A DNA stretch of 64,000 nt from Tubiluchus corallicola (lineage: Eukaryota; Animalia; Priapulida), in the NCBI GenBank assembly GCA_030141605.1, contig JAQGDQ010000181.1, forward strand, positions 62,001-126,000, written 5' to 3'. Within the stretch, counting starts at the first letter, position 1. Every line of letters begins with the position of its first letter. The position numbers and the translations under genes are program-made. Of this stretch, positions 25,259-39,022 are shown piece after piece. Under the pieces are notes generated by a model. It was not told where the DNA came from and did not search any database. It saw only the letters and a program-made list of their open reading frames with translations.

Positions 25259-27526
25259 TGCAAAATATGTTTTGTATTTTAAATGACAATAAACTATTTT
25301 ATAAATAAAACCAAATTTACCTTCGGAGTTTTTGAACAAGCAAATTTATTATAAAACGTAATAACGTAATATGAGAAAACAAACTATAATAAAATTTAAT
25401 AATGACATCCCTAAACTATATTTTGTATTTCTATCTGTAATGCACTCATGTGTTACTTTGCATGTAATATTAAGTATTTCTTTGGTGATAGTGATACAAG
25501 TGCATTTAAATGTACTAAATTTGTCCGTGTGACATTTCCTTTGGATTTGCGTTTTTTTTAGCAAAAATGTCACGTTTTTTTGCCATTCTTTAACTTTTTT
25601 CTCTCGAAGCATTCTGCCTCGAAACTAGCAAAAAAAACGTTACTGATCGCAGTACGTGAGAAATTCGTGTTCCATCGCCGTACGCACATTTCGAGACGGG
25701 AGACAACAGCCTGGCTTCACTGCCATCATACACGGCAGTTCATAGGAAATACTTTAGTCAATTTTAGCCTCACTTTAAACGCGGTTATAAACTGACATTA
25801 GTCAGATCATCACAGCGTGTAATGCGAGTTTACCGTACATTGGATATTAATAAACCGGGCGATTAGGCGCACCTCAAGCAGCGAATTAATATGCGAAATA
25901 TTGATATGAAATTTTTCCTGCACCATCAGGGACGCGCGTAACTTAGTTATGCTCGAACACGCGAATATTACCGTCCGGGAAAACCATCAATTATGCTTGC
26001 AAATACGACTGACTAATTTTAATAAAATTAATTATTTTAACACGAAAATGTTTAAAAGTTTGCGCGTTTAGGCTGCGCAAGTGTTGAGAAAGTTGTGAGG
26101 TGCCTGCGTCTCTTGAGATGGTGCCACGAAGAACAATACGTAACTGAAATATTAAAATCAATGATAGTGATGACGACGATAACCACGACGGTAATTATGA
26201 CGACGAAGATTGTTATTGATGATCAGTACGAGAGTGATATACTGATGAGGATAGTGGCGATGATGATGATGATGATGATGATCGATGACTATAAAGACAA
26301 TAACAAGGATCATAATTTAAATGCTTCGCAAAGACAAGCAATCAAAGCCATGTAATACCACTAATACACTAACACATGGTATGACTACATATAAAATCTG
26401 CCACCGTGCATTGTCCTTTGCCTTTCAAAGTGAAAATCAGGGAACAGCTCTTCAATCTAAACCCTTAGCAGGAGTCCAAACATAAATAACAGGCAAACGA
26501 GGTATCAATTTTACATTTATAATACTTTTATAATAATTAAAATTTGCACCTGAACAAAAAAAGTAGCAATGTGTGGCTTCTGGGTTTTTTAGGCTCTTAG
26601 CGCTTCTATAGCCGTTACTCAGTTATTTAACGCATAAAAAACTTTTGTTCTGAATCTTTCTCGTGGATTTATTATATGTTTTTTATTTAATAGTGAAGCT
26701 ACCAGTAGTTAGCTTTCCGCGAATAGCTAAAACAAATTTCCAAAACCTTTTTCTAACACCCAGGAATGTTGTTTCCCCACCAATCGGTTACTAGATGCAT
26801 TCCAATCCCACAAGACACCAAACATAGACTATAATGCCGATAGAAATATGCCTAACGAGTTTAATTTTTAAACAGACCGCTAGATCGCGCATTTAATCAG
26901 GCCTGGGGGAGGGATCCGCAGTGGGGCATGTGGACAGATTAGTGGCGACGTTAGTCGGTTTATTTGCCAGGAAAAACGTAGCGACTAATTTAATTGTTGC
27001 ATGAGAAATGAAGAGGAACTGAACTAATGTGTTTCTGATGGATATTGAAACCAGACGCCACAGATGTGAAATGCTTCTTATAGCTTGAAGCCGTCCAGAA
27101 AACGATTAGAGGACAGGTAGTAAAAACTTTGAGTACACAGGGACAAGAAAATACATATTAGGTAGTGTTGCTTGCACACAATCAACTTTTGTCGTCCAGC
27201 AAAAATCGTAGATGTCGTCCAAAAATGTCGTGGTCATTCAATTTTTTTCCCGCCAACTTCTGCCACCAACGTTTTTGGAAAGTAACAGCTTTCATCGTTT
27301 CGACTAAAATCACGTGTCAAAGTCATGGTAGTTCAATTCTTACAGGCCAGACTTTGGGATATTTAGTTTGAATTTATTTCATGCTACGAAAATTGAAAAT
27401 GACAAACAATGACCCCCGCTCCATTGACAGAAGTCAGAATCAAATTGTGATTGTACATCGCTAACAATTTTTGTTAGAAATTGAATTAACTTTAGTTATG
27501 AGTGTACGTGCCTAAATAAATAAAAT

Positions 27527-27625
27527 TAGTAGTAGTAGTGGTGGTGGTGGTGGCGGTGGCGGTGGCGGTGGCGGTAGCAGTAGCAGTAGTAGTAGTAATA
27601 GTAGTAGTAGTAGTAGTAGTAGTAG
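27527..27625. repeat. Compound trinucleotide repeat (TAG/GGT/GGC/CAG)
   Basis: Direct reading. Confidence 0.93.
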
Positions 27626-27974
27626 GTGTTTATTCTCCAAAATTCATAACAGCCAGGTTAAATATTACATAACAATTTTTACATTTACAGAAATACATTC
27701 GGAGTATTTTTTACAATTTCGTGACACGTAACGCGTGGAATCAGAACCCTATAGTTTTTTAACAAATTATGCATGTAATTGCAGGCAACTAATGAACTAT
27801 TTACCAATATTATAGACCGCACTGCTCGTTTATGTTTAAAAGTACACCCGAATACAAAGCAAACATTCCATGAATTTGCATATATCATCAAACTTACCGA
27901 TTAAACCTCGAAAGTTAATGCTAAAAATCATTAAACTGTTCTTTTTTCCTTTTTTAAGACAACAACGCCATATA

Positions 27975-28160
27975 CAGCATTTATTTACCATCGTTCTTTT
28001 AACAGGCTGTTTAACGACTTACGTCTTACACCAATACAGGCAAAGACGCAACACACAAACAACGAATAACATGTGGGGGGGGGGGTTGTCCTGGCGCTGG
28101 CAGACGCTAGACTCGAACTCAAGACTGCCTCGCTGAGTCCGAAATCCAGCCCAGCCCAGT
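27975..28160 (-). mobile_element. tRNA-derived SINE copy
   Basis: ctagactcgaactcaagactgc is the reverse complement of the B-box region of the 21671 copy; shared body (acgaataacatg, aatacagg, gacttac). Confidence 0.8.
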
Positions 28161-28971
28161 AAAGCCATACTATACATAGCTGCACTTCCAGCTGCACAAA
28201 CATATAAACGCACTTTTTCATCACACTGAAAACAATGCGATCTCCAATGCAGTAAGCTAATTTCGCAAAATTACCTATCAACTGCTTTCCTTAGTACAAA
28301 TTTCATACGCCACCCTGTAGACGGATAATGCACTCGGTGAACGTGCGCCCAGAGACAGGGAAATTAAACGAATGTAAATGCATTTCAATTTGTTTCCGAG
28401 TTTAATAATTCCGCATGATTAGTTTAGTTTGCAGTGGAAATAACATTATTACCCAATGCTGATTGGCTGGGCTATATTAGATGCTTCAGCTAGAGGGCTT
28501 AATTAATCATGTCTTTTGGGAGGCTTAAATAAGACCTGTTCAACCATGGATTTGAAATTATATTCTAGGTAAAGAAACAAATAAATGATTGTGAGTTAAG
28601 AGGATGAATTAGTGCATGTCAGACTTGGCTTCCTAGCACAGGTCCCAGCTGGCTTCATCTGACGAAAACGTTAAATGAGCGCTTGTAAGCGGTTAACAGC
28701 AGCTACCGCATGCAAACAAAGATTAAACATCGAATTATCTGGAATGTAGAGAAACCTATTATCAAACAGATTTAAAAAAATAAATTTGAAATTTGAAAAA
28801 AATTAGATCTCCAAAAAATATCGTTGGAAATCAAGACTTGACATTAGTTGTTCATGGCACAATGATGAGAGCCAAAAAGATTGGCAACAGTACAAACGAG
28901 AAGAGAACCACTGTATTAACTGCCTGTAATCGATATTGCTGAAAAACAAGACAGTCAATATTGGTGCGACT

Positions 28972-29520
28972 TTAAAGGAAAGGTCAAGCCTTCTGGGAAA
29001 TTGACTTATTCCAATGTTAGTGGAAAATATAGGAAGGATTTAGTAATAAAAATGTGAAAAGCGCCTCGTGTAATTAATAAAATCACATTAAAGTCGTGAT
29101 CATTTCACGCTTGGGCGTTCCCACTTGAACGCCCACTCTTCCACCAATGACGTCGTTCATCAGCTGAATAAAACCAGCCCACTGTTAATTTTCGTCAAAA
29201 GTATAATAAGTTTTCACAAAATATTAGATAACTGCTTTTGTGTTATTTTTTGCATGAACATTAGGTAAGCTGCAGACGTTTGAATTAGTTAAAGCAGCGC
29301 GCGCTTATGGAAAACCACGATCAACCACAAAAACCACGCTTATGGAAATTCCACCAGTTACGTCATAATTTTCGGGGAATGGCAGCTACAACCGTACCTG
29401 AAAATTTCTATACAGCGGTATTATAATTTAACTTTATACTTCCTAGACATTCTTTGCAAATTTCTTTGTTATATTTTTTTAGTAAACTAAACTCTACGTG
29501 CTAATGATTCGTCCTTTCTT
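28972..29520. mobile_element. Probable truncated TTAA/AGG-type (Kolobok/T2-like) non-autonomous element
   Basis: Starts TTAA-AGGAAAGGTC and has internal repeated ttccacca.t.acgtc motifs; no matching right terminus found. Confidence 0.35.
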
Positions 29521-29683
29521 TGACAATTTTACTGCAAAAAATTGGGGCTACTTAGCCAATAGAATCTGTAGCAGCATGCAAGTGTATTTAGAGCTCTTGT
29601 ATTACTAGCAAAAAGTGCTAGCAACACTGGTAGTACACAGCAATATTTAAGATCTTGGGTCATAGCAAAGCATTATGAAGCTC

Positions 29684-30146
29684 TTAAAGGAAAACCGGAT
29701 GATTGTTTAGACTCAGTCTCATTTTAATTAACTAACGGCAGCTATTGCTTACGACAGAAACTAACCACAGTTTGTGCAATAACAGGCAGCTTCCCTTGCA
29801 CGGCAAGCACGTTTGCGTAAGTTTTACAGTACTGCTTAAATGCGTGATGTCACGAAAATGAGCTCTACGTTATATGACGTCAGAAACTAACACAGCAGTT
29901 CATGATCATGGTTATCACAGTGCTGCCTTCTATTTGCCGGCCACGCGCACGTGACAAAAAGGCGCCGTTGCCTATCTTAGTAGATTCACTGAGCCGCGCC
30001 TAGCTTTGAAAGTTTAACGAAATTTGAGTATCCGAGGTAATTATAATTCAATGCAAACTTTGATTCAAAAAAAGCTATTGTAGTTTTCAATATTTTAGAG
30101 CGTACTTTATTCTGAAGTGATGTTTACACGTCCGGTTTTCTTTTAA
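29684..30146. mobile_element. MITE with TTAA target-site duplication (Kolobok/T2-like)
   Basis: TTAA-AGGAAAACCGGATG ... CGTCCGGTTTTCTT-TTAA: a 14-bp TIR with 2 mismatches, flanked by TTAA. Confidence 0.78.
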
Positions 30147-31350
30147 CCAACGAGGGCAAGTACTTTTCCCCTAAAAAGGAGTTTTTAGAACACATGACAG
30201 ATAGGTGGCAGCTTTAAATTAATTTTTAAACAATCGTGTTACAAAACATTTGGTGTGAACTTAACAACAAAACTTGTGACAATATGCACAAGGATTTGAA
30301 GCATTTGCATTACAACTGCAAAATACTCTGAAGAAGCATTACTCTCGTACTCCAAAAGCTCCTGGTTCGAATCTATGCTAAGCGCACATATTTTATTTCA
30401 AATTCTGTTCATACATTTGCTCTCATAATTGTGGTTTATAGTTTATACCATTATTAAATTGTAGACCTGATAAAATCTTGTACATATATGATTAAGCACC
30501 TTCTAGAGCTGTGTTTACGACACTGCAAGCATACAGTTTTTGTTAGCGACGTACATTTTTCAGCTTTTTCTTAATTGCAACGACATATGACTTGCGTTAG
30601 CGATACTGTCAATAAATAAAAGCAGTTGACTATGCCAATCAGACGACAACATAACATTATGTTACACAGTTCATGGCATAAATATATTATTTCCACGCTT
30701 GAATGAGCATTACTTGTTAAAAAGCCAAGCAGCCACACGCACCTGACAATAGAAGCCAGTGGAATCAGCGCCTCTTCATCAATACAGACAGTTATTATCA
30801 CTAATAGATTTGCCTGGTGCTGATTCAGTGACTAAATGGCATCCACACAAGCATAATGCCAGCCTGATCTGCTTCTAATGTATATTGAACAGCAGATTCA
30901 CCTTTGTATCAGTGGAGACTACATTACTAGGGGGAGGGGAGCGTTAGGGGAGGTCAAATGGCTCGCAAAATCTAAATAATATGAATATTTGAGAAGGATG
31001 AAGCATTAAACGATGGCTTACTGGAGTAGTTTCTAAACGAAATCAACGCAAACAGGAAAAAAGACATAAATTCGAAAGCGACCCCTTGAGTGAAACGTGA
31101 ACAACATAGCCCCGAGGGACAGGAGGCAGTAACGCGTCCATTGATGATGCTAATCCTGTGCAGCAATCAGCACAAACTGTTGGACAGGTATGTTTTTCAG
31201 CTGAACAATCAACAGCGTAGCTATGATACAACGAACTGGCGATTACATGAGGTTATTGTGGATTTTCATCCAACAAGTTTAAGCTGTTCGACTGACAATT
31301 TATAACTGATGATTGGCTTCTGAAAGCCAGAGCAGACCACAAGTACTTGT

Positions 31351-32011
31351 GTGTACTAGCATTTGTTCCCTAAGAATAACAAATAAACAATGTGGACTAG
31401 CGTTTGTTCCCTAAGAGTAACAAATAAACGAGGTGGACTAGCATCTGTTTCCCAAGAATAACAAATAAACGAGGTGGACTAGCATTTGTTCCCTAAGAGT
31501 TAATAAACGATGTGGACTAGCGTTTGTTCCCTAAGAATAACAAATAAATAATGCGAACTAGCATTTGTTCCCTAAGAGTTCTCTAAGAGTTAATAAACAA
31601 TGTTGACTAGCATTTGCTCCCTAAGAATAACAAATAAACACTGTGGATTAGCATTTGTTCCTTAAGAGTTCCCTAAGAGTTAATAAACAATGTGGACTAG
31701 CGTTTGTTCCTTAAGAGTACCCTAAGAGTTAATAAACAATGTGGACTAGCATTTGTTCCCTAAGAATAACAAATAAACAATGCGAACTAACGTTTGTTCC
31801 CTAATAGTTAATAAACGATGTGGACTAGCATCTGTTTCCCAAGAATAACAAATAAACGATGTGGACTAGCATTTGTTTCCTAAGAATAACAAATTAATGA
31901 TGTGAACTAGCATTTGTTCCCCAAGAATAACAGATAAACGATTTGGACTAGCATTTGTTCCCCAGGAATAACAGATAAACGATATGAAACAATGTGGACT
32001 AGCTTTTGTTC
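31351..32011. repeat. Minisatellite, ~38-50 bp variable unit, ~15-16 copies
   Basis: tgtggactagcatttgttccctaagaataacaaataaacaa and variants. Confidence 0.97.
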
Positions 32012-33437
32012 CGATTTTGCACGTGCAAACCTATATTAGGGGCTGGAACAATCACCCATAAACAATGTACAAGTACAGTTGTACATATCCGTCCAAAATA
32101 CTAATCGCTTATCTACCCTTGAGCCAAAAATAATAAGAAACTATCTATATATTAATAAAAATTGATAATGATCAATTAGTAATCAATAATTAGTCAGGTC
32201 AATATTTCGAGCATATATTGATGACATCACCACCTTTTTACAGAGATCAATATTCCAGTAGATAGAGCTCAGAGACACCTTATTAATTTTACTAGTATAC
32301 TGACGTTTGAAGGCAATTCTAGTGATTCTGCAGTGTGTAAACACATACAGCCTTGCCCTTTTTTACCCATCTAAAAATTTTTGTGGTTTTGTAAATTATG
32401 AACTTGTCCATATAAGGCCGAGCTATTGAAATAAAATTTTACTATTACTACTGTTGCTGCTACTGCTGCATCTGCTGTCGCCACCACACAACTATCACTG
32501 CCATTTCTATTACCACCACTGTAACTGATTGCAGATTCGCAGGTTGATAAAAAATAAAAAAATCATTAATAAAGTGACTGATATATCTATTTGCCACTGG
32601 ATAGTATGAATACTTTTAAGTTCACACCATAAGTGTGCACCTAGCTTAACGTTCAACTTCTTTTGCCAATTTGTTCACAAGGGGATGAATTATTTTATTA
32701 TTCCTGCTGCGTTTGAATTATTAATAATTAAATACTATAACACGGAATAGCGCAGTTTTAATCGTTATTATTACAAATAATTATTCGCACAAACTTAATG
32801 GTGCGCTGCCTGCAGAACGATCGAGTAATTTGGCGAATGACATCACGTGACGGCGGCCATATTAACCACCTGAACTAAGGAGATTATTGCGCGGGCAGGG
32901 AGGATGAAAAAAGCCCGTCTTAAATCGTAGCGAACAATCGAGCAAGCTGAAAGATTCCTCATCTGTTGATTGCTACAACTGATCAATACAGACAAAAACC
33001 TCACTGTTTCAAGCAGAAATGCATTAGTCGATTGACACCTGAGTGAAACGGACGAAACCATTACGGCAGAGGGGGAGTAAAAAACAGTGGGCAATCATTG
33101 ACGCATTGAAGTTCATCATCATATGATTCTGTGTCAGACCCTGCATGCGCATAAATTTTTACTATGGTCAGACAAAAACCAATAGTTAGAATAAAATATA
33201 ACTTTAACAGAGTATATAATAGAGGACATAATTAGACTGAAAATAAAGGAATATACGTGGTATCACGAATTATATATGTACATAAAACCAATATCAACAC
33301 TATAACTCAAAATCACACACACCCCATCATATGTAGTTAAATAAATTGTTAAAAAGGTTTAAAAGATACCAACTTAAAACGAACAGGAATATGTTGGCAG
33401 AACTTATGCCTAGGACATGAACTAATGACACATAGCT

Positions 33438-33540
33438 TAATTAATTTTAGTTATTTGAACTAATTTTACAAACAGTTAACTAATTAGTTTAACTAATTTT
33501 ACAAATAGTTAACTAATTAGTTTAACTAATTTTAGTTAAA
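33438..33540. repeat. AT-rich ~33-bp tandem repeat
   Basis: aactaattttacaaa(c/t)agttaactaattagttt x2-3. Confidence 0.85.
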
Positions 33541-34249
33541 TAAATTAAAGTACTTAATAATTGTGAATGCAAACCACTAATACTACAGTACCAAACAGGT
33601 TTGATAAAAAGTTTATTTACACACAAATTTACCGCTTTTGAAAAACACTTCACATAAAAACAAACAATTGGCACTTCATTGTCACCCTCAAATCTCTAAT
33701 TAAACAGCCATCAATACTGTTGCCCAACTTGTTGGCACAGTCCTCCATAAGGATGCAAACTTTGGCAGCAGTTTGGCAGTAGTTAGTCATACTTAAAGAG
33801 CATTCTAAGATGGCTAACCACCTTGGCGAATCCCTAAAGACCAAATATTATTGGATTTAAAGGACAGAGAACTACCTTTCAACAATTACTATTGAAGAGA
33901 AATTATATGAAGAAAAATTTCAATCGTCCCTCACAACAATGAAAAAGGGCCCAATAAACGTGAGTCATAGCACAACTAATGACTTATTATACCATTTCTC
34001 AAGACCTTATGTAAATTTACAAACATTATGTAAATACCGCTATCCAAACTTTTGCTTTCAAAAATTGAAAAGCATTTAAAAATAACAATTTTGTTGCAAA
34101 ATTGGCAAAACTTTAGAACAAACATACACAATTCTTTTGCTTACCACTGTTTAGTTTCAAGCAGCAGGCCTGATTAAGATAAAATTTTGAATTAAAATCA
34201 ATTACCAAGTATGATAGCCAAATGCCAGCTAATAACCCAAAGAACTTAC

Positions 34250-34382
34250 CACTTTGCAAAGTTGCTGCCTTATGTTCAGCCTCCCCCAGCTTTGTTGCCA
34301 TGACAATCTGAGCTTCTTGCAGTTGTCGCTCTTTGTCAGTAAAGACTCTTTGCAGCTCCTTTTCCTTCTCTCTGATCTTTAC
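34250..34382 (-). CDS. CUX1: CUX/CASP coiled-coil exon
   Basis: tttttcag|GTA...AGTG|gtaagt; VKIREKEKELQRVFTDKERQLQEAQIVMATKLGEAEHKAATLQS. Confidence 0.93.
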
Positions 34383-35165
34383 CTGAAAAAATGTAAGGAT
34401 GCAGTCAGAGGAGATCACAGGAGACAGAATTTACGTTTACTTTTTACATTAATTTCTAGTGTAATTATAACTAACATTTCCACATAGTCTCTTACATTTT
34501 CCATTAATTTTTGTCATACTTAACAAAGCCGGTATGAACTTTGTATGAAATATAAGTTATATGGTATCTCAAGACAAACGCATTTGCATGCTAATGAATT
34601 TATTTTATGTAACATTTTTATGTGAATTGAAAAAGTTTTTATAAAAATACTAACTAATGTGTTTTTAAACGAATTTAATTAAAAAAACTTTCTAATGTTT
34701 TCAGAGAGTTTACTGAGAAAGAAAATTATTTTAAAAAGTGCAAATCCTCGTTATGCTTCATCTTTTCCGTGGTAAAATGACATTTTAATGTCTGACGAAC
34801 AAGAAACAAAATAGACCTGTTTGCACCAACATGTCTAACACTGACTTTTGCTCCTCTGTACGCTCTGTAAATACTGTTTTACCAATTGGCCGCGCATAGA
34901 TTTTTGTTAAACATGTCTAATATTCTGCTTCAGACAAGCTTATACTGCTCCCGTGCGCGAGTTCAGAATGACAATTTGTATTAGACAAAATCAGATCAGT
35001 CCAACATAAAGCAACCACTTTGTCACGCATCATCTAATAAATGTTTACTGAGATTACCCAAACAAAAGTTGCTTCATACAAAAGTTGCTTGTGTGCACGC
35101 AAAATTTGTGTGAGATGGATGCATCACACAGTTTTCCGTGTGCGACTGCTACTGCTAACATTTAC

Positions 35166-35233
35166 CTGCAAATTACTTTCCTGCTTTTCCTCATATTCTT
35201 TGAGTTTCTCCCGTAAGTGCTTAATAGTAACTT
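35166..35233 (-). CDS. CUX1: CUX/CASP coiled-coil exon
   Basis: attgcag|AA...CAG|gtaaat; EVTIKHLREKLKEYEEKQESNLQ. Confidence 0.93.
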
Positions 35234-35935
35234 CTGCAATTAAAAGAAAACTTTGTGAACAACCGCTACGAAATTCAAACAACATCACTTTCGAACTACT
35301 TTTACCTGAAAAACTAAATTGAGAACACAAAAAGTAAATGTTCATTTTGTTTACAGACTTAGAGCTGTAAAATATTTTTGTCAAAAATTCATAATACTGA
35401 GAAAATGGAAACTAGATATTCTCAAACCTTTAGCGGCACAGAGGAATGCCATAATTAAGAATAATTTGAGTTCCCGGTTCAAGAATTTAACACAAGCCCT
35501 TTTCAGTTCGAGCTAGTGGGTGCTAACCAATAAATCAGTGACTAGCAGGTTACTCTTCAGACCAGTTCTCTCAAATCTAATGCTTATACTACTCGTTCAT
35601 TATTACGTGCATTTTTAACTTTCACACTTAAATACTAATTGAAAAATCATGTCTGCCGATGAAACATCCTGTGCAATTGCATGAAGAATTTTGCATGTTT
35701 TAAACAATAGTCAATGTACCAGACTTTATGAACGGAAAGATTTGAATTGGAGGATATCAAATGCGAACAAGTCCAGCATCAAACGCGTCCATCCTCTGCT
35801 CTACAGTAACCAGGCTAATATAAGCAGCATCCCATGTCTAAAGCTATCTTCTTTACTTGCATTAAACGCCACACCTCCGCCTAACACTGACGCTTAATCT
35901 GCGTCAAGCGCGACTATCCACTGCTCCACAGGACC

Positions 35936-36045
35936 TATACTTTACCCATAGAAAACGCAACCACCCACTGCCCATACTTTTCCCACAGCAAACGCAACCA
36001 CCCACTACCCATGCTTTACCTGCACTAAACACGACCACCCCAGTG
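35936..36045. repeat. ~37-bp tandem repeat x3
   Basis: atacttt.ccca.ag.aaacgcaaccacccact units. Confidence 0.85.
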
Positions 36046-36099
36046 TCCCCAGAATAAACTGTGCTAGGGATTCTTAGCAGAAAAAGCTAGACGTATGGG

Positions 36100-36459
36100 T
36101 GTAATGTATCTGATCCGAAAGAATCAATACGAGAAGCATTTGCAGCGCTATTTAATGGATCAGACATTAGAGGCAAGGTGACAAGTTAGAGTATGTACAC
36201 TTGTTCATTAAATGGAAGGGCTCAGTATAAGGAGAAGTGCAGTGCCCCAGAGCGTGTCTTGCCCCGATGAAGAATGTATCGCGTATGATTTGACAGTGTT
36301 ATAAAAGTGATAGAAATGTCAGATATCCGGACTGGTGATCGAATTTTTGTCTACACTGGGGTATCAGTTTGCGAATTTATCAACAAAAACACGTTTAGCA
36401 ATTGAATAAAACTGTTGCTGTTGCCTTTACTCACTAAACGTTAACCAGTTTATACAACA
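36100..36459 (+). mobile_element. Candidate solo LTR (~360 bp)
   Basis: TGT...ACA termini, TATAAAA at 36300, AATAAA at 36405, flanks tggg/tgag (imperfect 4-bp TSD). Confidence 0.4.
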
Positions 36460-37599
36460 TGAGGGCTTAACATGTTGACGATTTAGGCAGCAGTTTTCTT
36501 ACACGCCACAAACACTTTTTCTCCTAAAAACAGCAGAGCATCCAGCTAACATAACAAATAATTTTCAAGAGTGGCACGGCCTACTAAAATTTGAGTGCTT
36601 ACATGCTGTGCAAAAACTGGCATAAGTTTGGCACATTGCAGTTTGTTTAATGCATATGGCCTGTAAAAATGACTTTTAACCTTAATGAAACCGACAAATT
36701 CAACCGGCCCTGTGCTTCTATTTAAGACTGAAAGTTCTCACAGAAGAGCAAAGTAAAAAAAACAGATAAATTATTTTCTGGGTCTGACACCTTGTTTTAC
36801 GATATTTATAAATGAATGCTTAACCCGAACGCTATAAAATATAAGTAAAAATTTTGTGACGTGTCAAAAACCAAAAACTGTCCAAGAAGACAAGTGTTCT
36901 TTCCTAGTAAAACAAAACAAAAAAAAACATTTTCGTATTCTAAAACAAAATCGTTTCCATATCTTATTATTAAAGATTCATAGAACTTTGATAACAGTAT
37001 TAAATATCACCACAGTTTAAAAGTTCGCTTCCTCATAGTTTCTTCACAGACCCGATCTACAGCTTACCATGCAGGCAAACTAAAAGACAGGTTATTGATT
37101 ATGTATTGATTAACGAGTGACGTCATCACGTCTTCCGATCACGCGGATTGATTGCAAATTCTTGCTTTTTAACGCGTGGATTTGGCGCTGAGCAATTTTA
37201 ATAAGAACACGAAACTTAAGACGTGCTTCATCTAATAGTAATAAGCGTTAGCGATCACGTTGAAAAACTTGATGAAAATTCTATGATAATTATTGCCCGA
37301 GCATTTTGAGAAAAGATTACGTTACTCATAAATCGTCATTTGTTGGGAGGAAAACTTGATAAGTTTTGAAACAAGTAAAGCTACACGTCATTATTAACAA
37401 TAATCATGCTTCATTACAATGAACATCTGCAATAAGAGCTTCGGATAAACTACGGAAAAGTAACTGACTAATTGGCTATTGTAGACTTAACAATATCAGT
37501 AGTAACCAACGAATCAACCAGGAAGTTAATCAGTCAAATTAAACAAATGAGTAAACAGATATTTAACTCAATAATTAACTCAATGAAAGCATTAATCCG

Positions 37600-38280
37600 T
37601 CAACCAAATAGTCAGTCAGTCAGTTAGTCAGTCAGCTAGCCAACCAGCTCACCAGTCATCCAGCCAGCAGCCGGCAAGTCAGTCAGTCAGACAGACAAAG
37701 ACAGACAAACAGACAAAAAATCAATCAATAAATCAATCAAACAACCAACCAATCAATCAATCATCAATCAAATAATCAATCAATCAGTTAATTACTCATC
37801 TATCAATAATCAATCAAATCAATTATCTAACCGACCTGTCAACCAATTAACAAACTAACTAACCACCACAGTGAATATATCACTTCATTTACCAATAACT
37901 GCTAGCTAAATAACTGACTGACTGATTAACTGAATGTATGGCTGAATGATTACCTATAATAAAGAAGATTATCACCCAGCAACCTGTCAACACTTCTCAA
38001 TCAATCAGCCAACACTCAGTCAGCCGCTCGAACCCACAACTCAGGCAGCTATCCAACCAAACTGCAAATCAGTAGTCAACCAGCTTCACAGCAAGGTAAA
38101 CAGTCCATTAGTAAATGGGAAACCAGTCAACCAAATAGACATTGAAGTAATCAACCAGCCAGTTTATTTAGCAAATCAACAACCATCTTGTCAATCCAAA
38201 CCTTAACCAACAGCCACAAAACCGACTAACCAATCAACCAAGTACATGTACTAATTAAACAAACTAACAAATCACAAAAA
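37600..38280. repeat. Degenerate tetranucleotide repeats (CAGT/CAGA/CAAT/CAAC)
   Basis: Direct reading. Confidence 0.85.
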
Positions 38281-38884
38281 TAGTGATCCACTTAGAACAA
38301 AATAAACAACTGTTAATAAGCAATACTTCCCCTGACCCCCACGCCAAAAAATTGAAATTTTATTTATTTCACTTTTTAAATTTTTTTTATATATCAGCAG
38401 ATTCATTTAAGGATACAGAAGATATAATATACGTCTGTGTTTCAGATAATTAACGTCTGTGTCTAAGCAGATAATTAACAAAGTCAGAAAGATTATTAGA
38501 TCCACAAATAAGGGATTACATTCTTCACTTAACGGAGCAAGTATTAAAGCTAATGTAAGTAAGGTTGAAGATTAGTAGTTATTTTAGTTAGAAAGGGTAA
38601 GCGTATAGTATTATATGCAGAGTATATCAACAAAAATGTCCTGGAGTTTCAACCTATACATTACATTTATTACATACACATTGACAAACATATTGCGCGC
38701 GTAGAGAGAATAGCTAAAAGCATTTCTACGCAAGCGCAATCAACATAATAATAAAGCAGCAGCATGCCTACTTCACGAAAAATAATCAGGTTTATGTCGG
38801 ACGATGAAATATTTTAACTAACGCCTTTTAAAACTACTGATCGATGGTTTGAGACTGAAGTTAGATCAAAAATATGAAGCTTAC

Positions 38885-39022
38885 CCTGATTTTTGACATC
38901 AGCAAACTCACTATTGTACTCGTTGAGCGTTTCTCTAAGCTGTTTGTTTTCTATTTCTAGATCCTGTGCCCTATGCAGTTGTTTCTGGATGGTCAGACAA
39001 TACTCCAACACTGATGCGGGAT
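38885..39022 (-). CDS. CUX1: CUX/CASP exon, 5'-most coding exon found in window
   Basis: attacag|AT...CAGG|gtaagc; DPASVLEYCLTIQKQLHRAQDLEIENKQLRETLNEYNSEFADVKNQ. Confidence 0.95.

Larger units (their letters stand above)
741..39022 (-). other. CUX1: cut/CUX homeobox gene (CASP-CUX fused type), 15 coding exons visible; 5' end lies beyond the window
   Basis: Exons chain in frame with GT-AG boundaries: total 4259 nt = 2 + 1419 codons including the stop. The protein has a CASP-like coiled coil, 3 CUT repeats, a CUT-class homeodomain and a WEF terminus. Confidence 0.96.

Noticed and set aside
31351-32011. CRISPR-like periodic array
   Set aside because: Whole units repeat with no unique spacers, there are no cas genes, and the context is a eukaryotic intron: a minisatellite.
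9231-35990. Scattered Su(H)/CSL-like GTG(G/A)GAA sites
   Set aside because: Isolated and not clustered or paired; consistent with chance.
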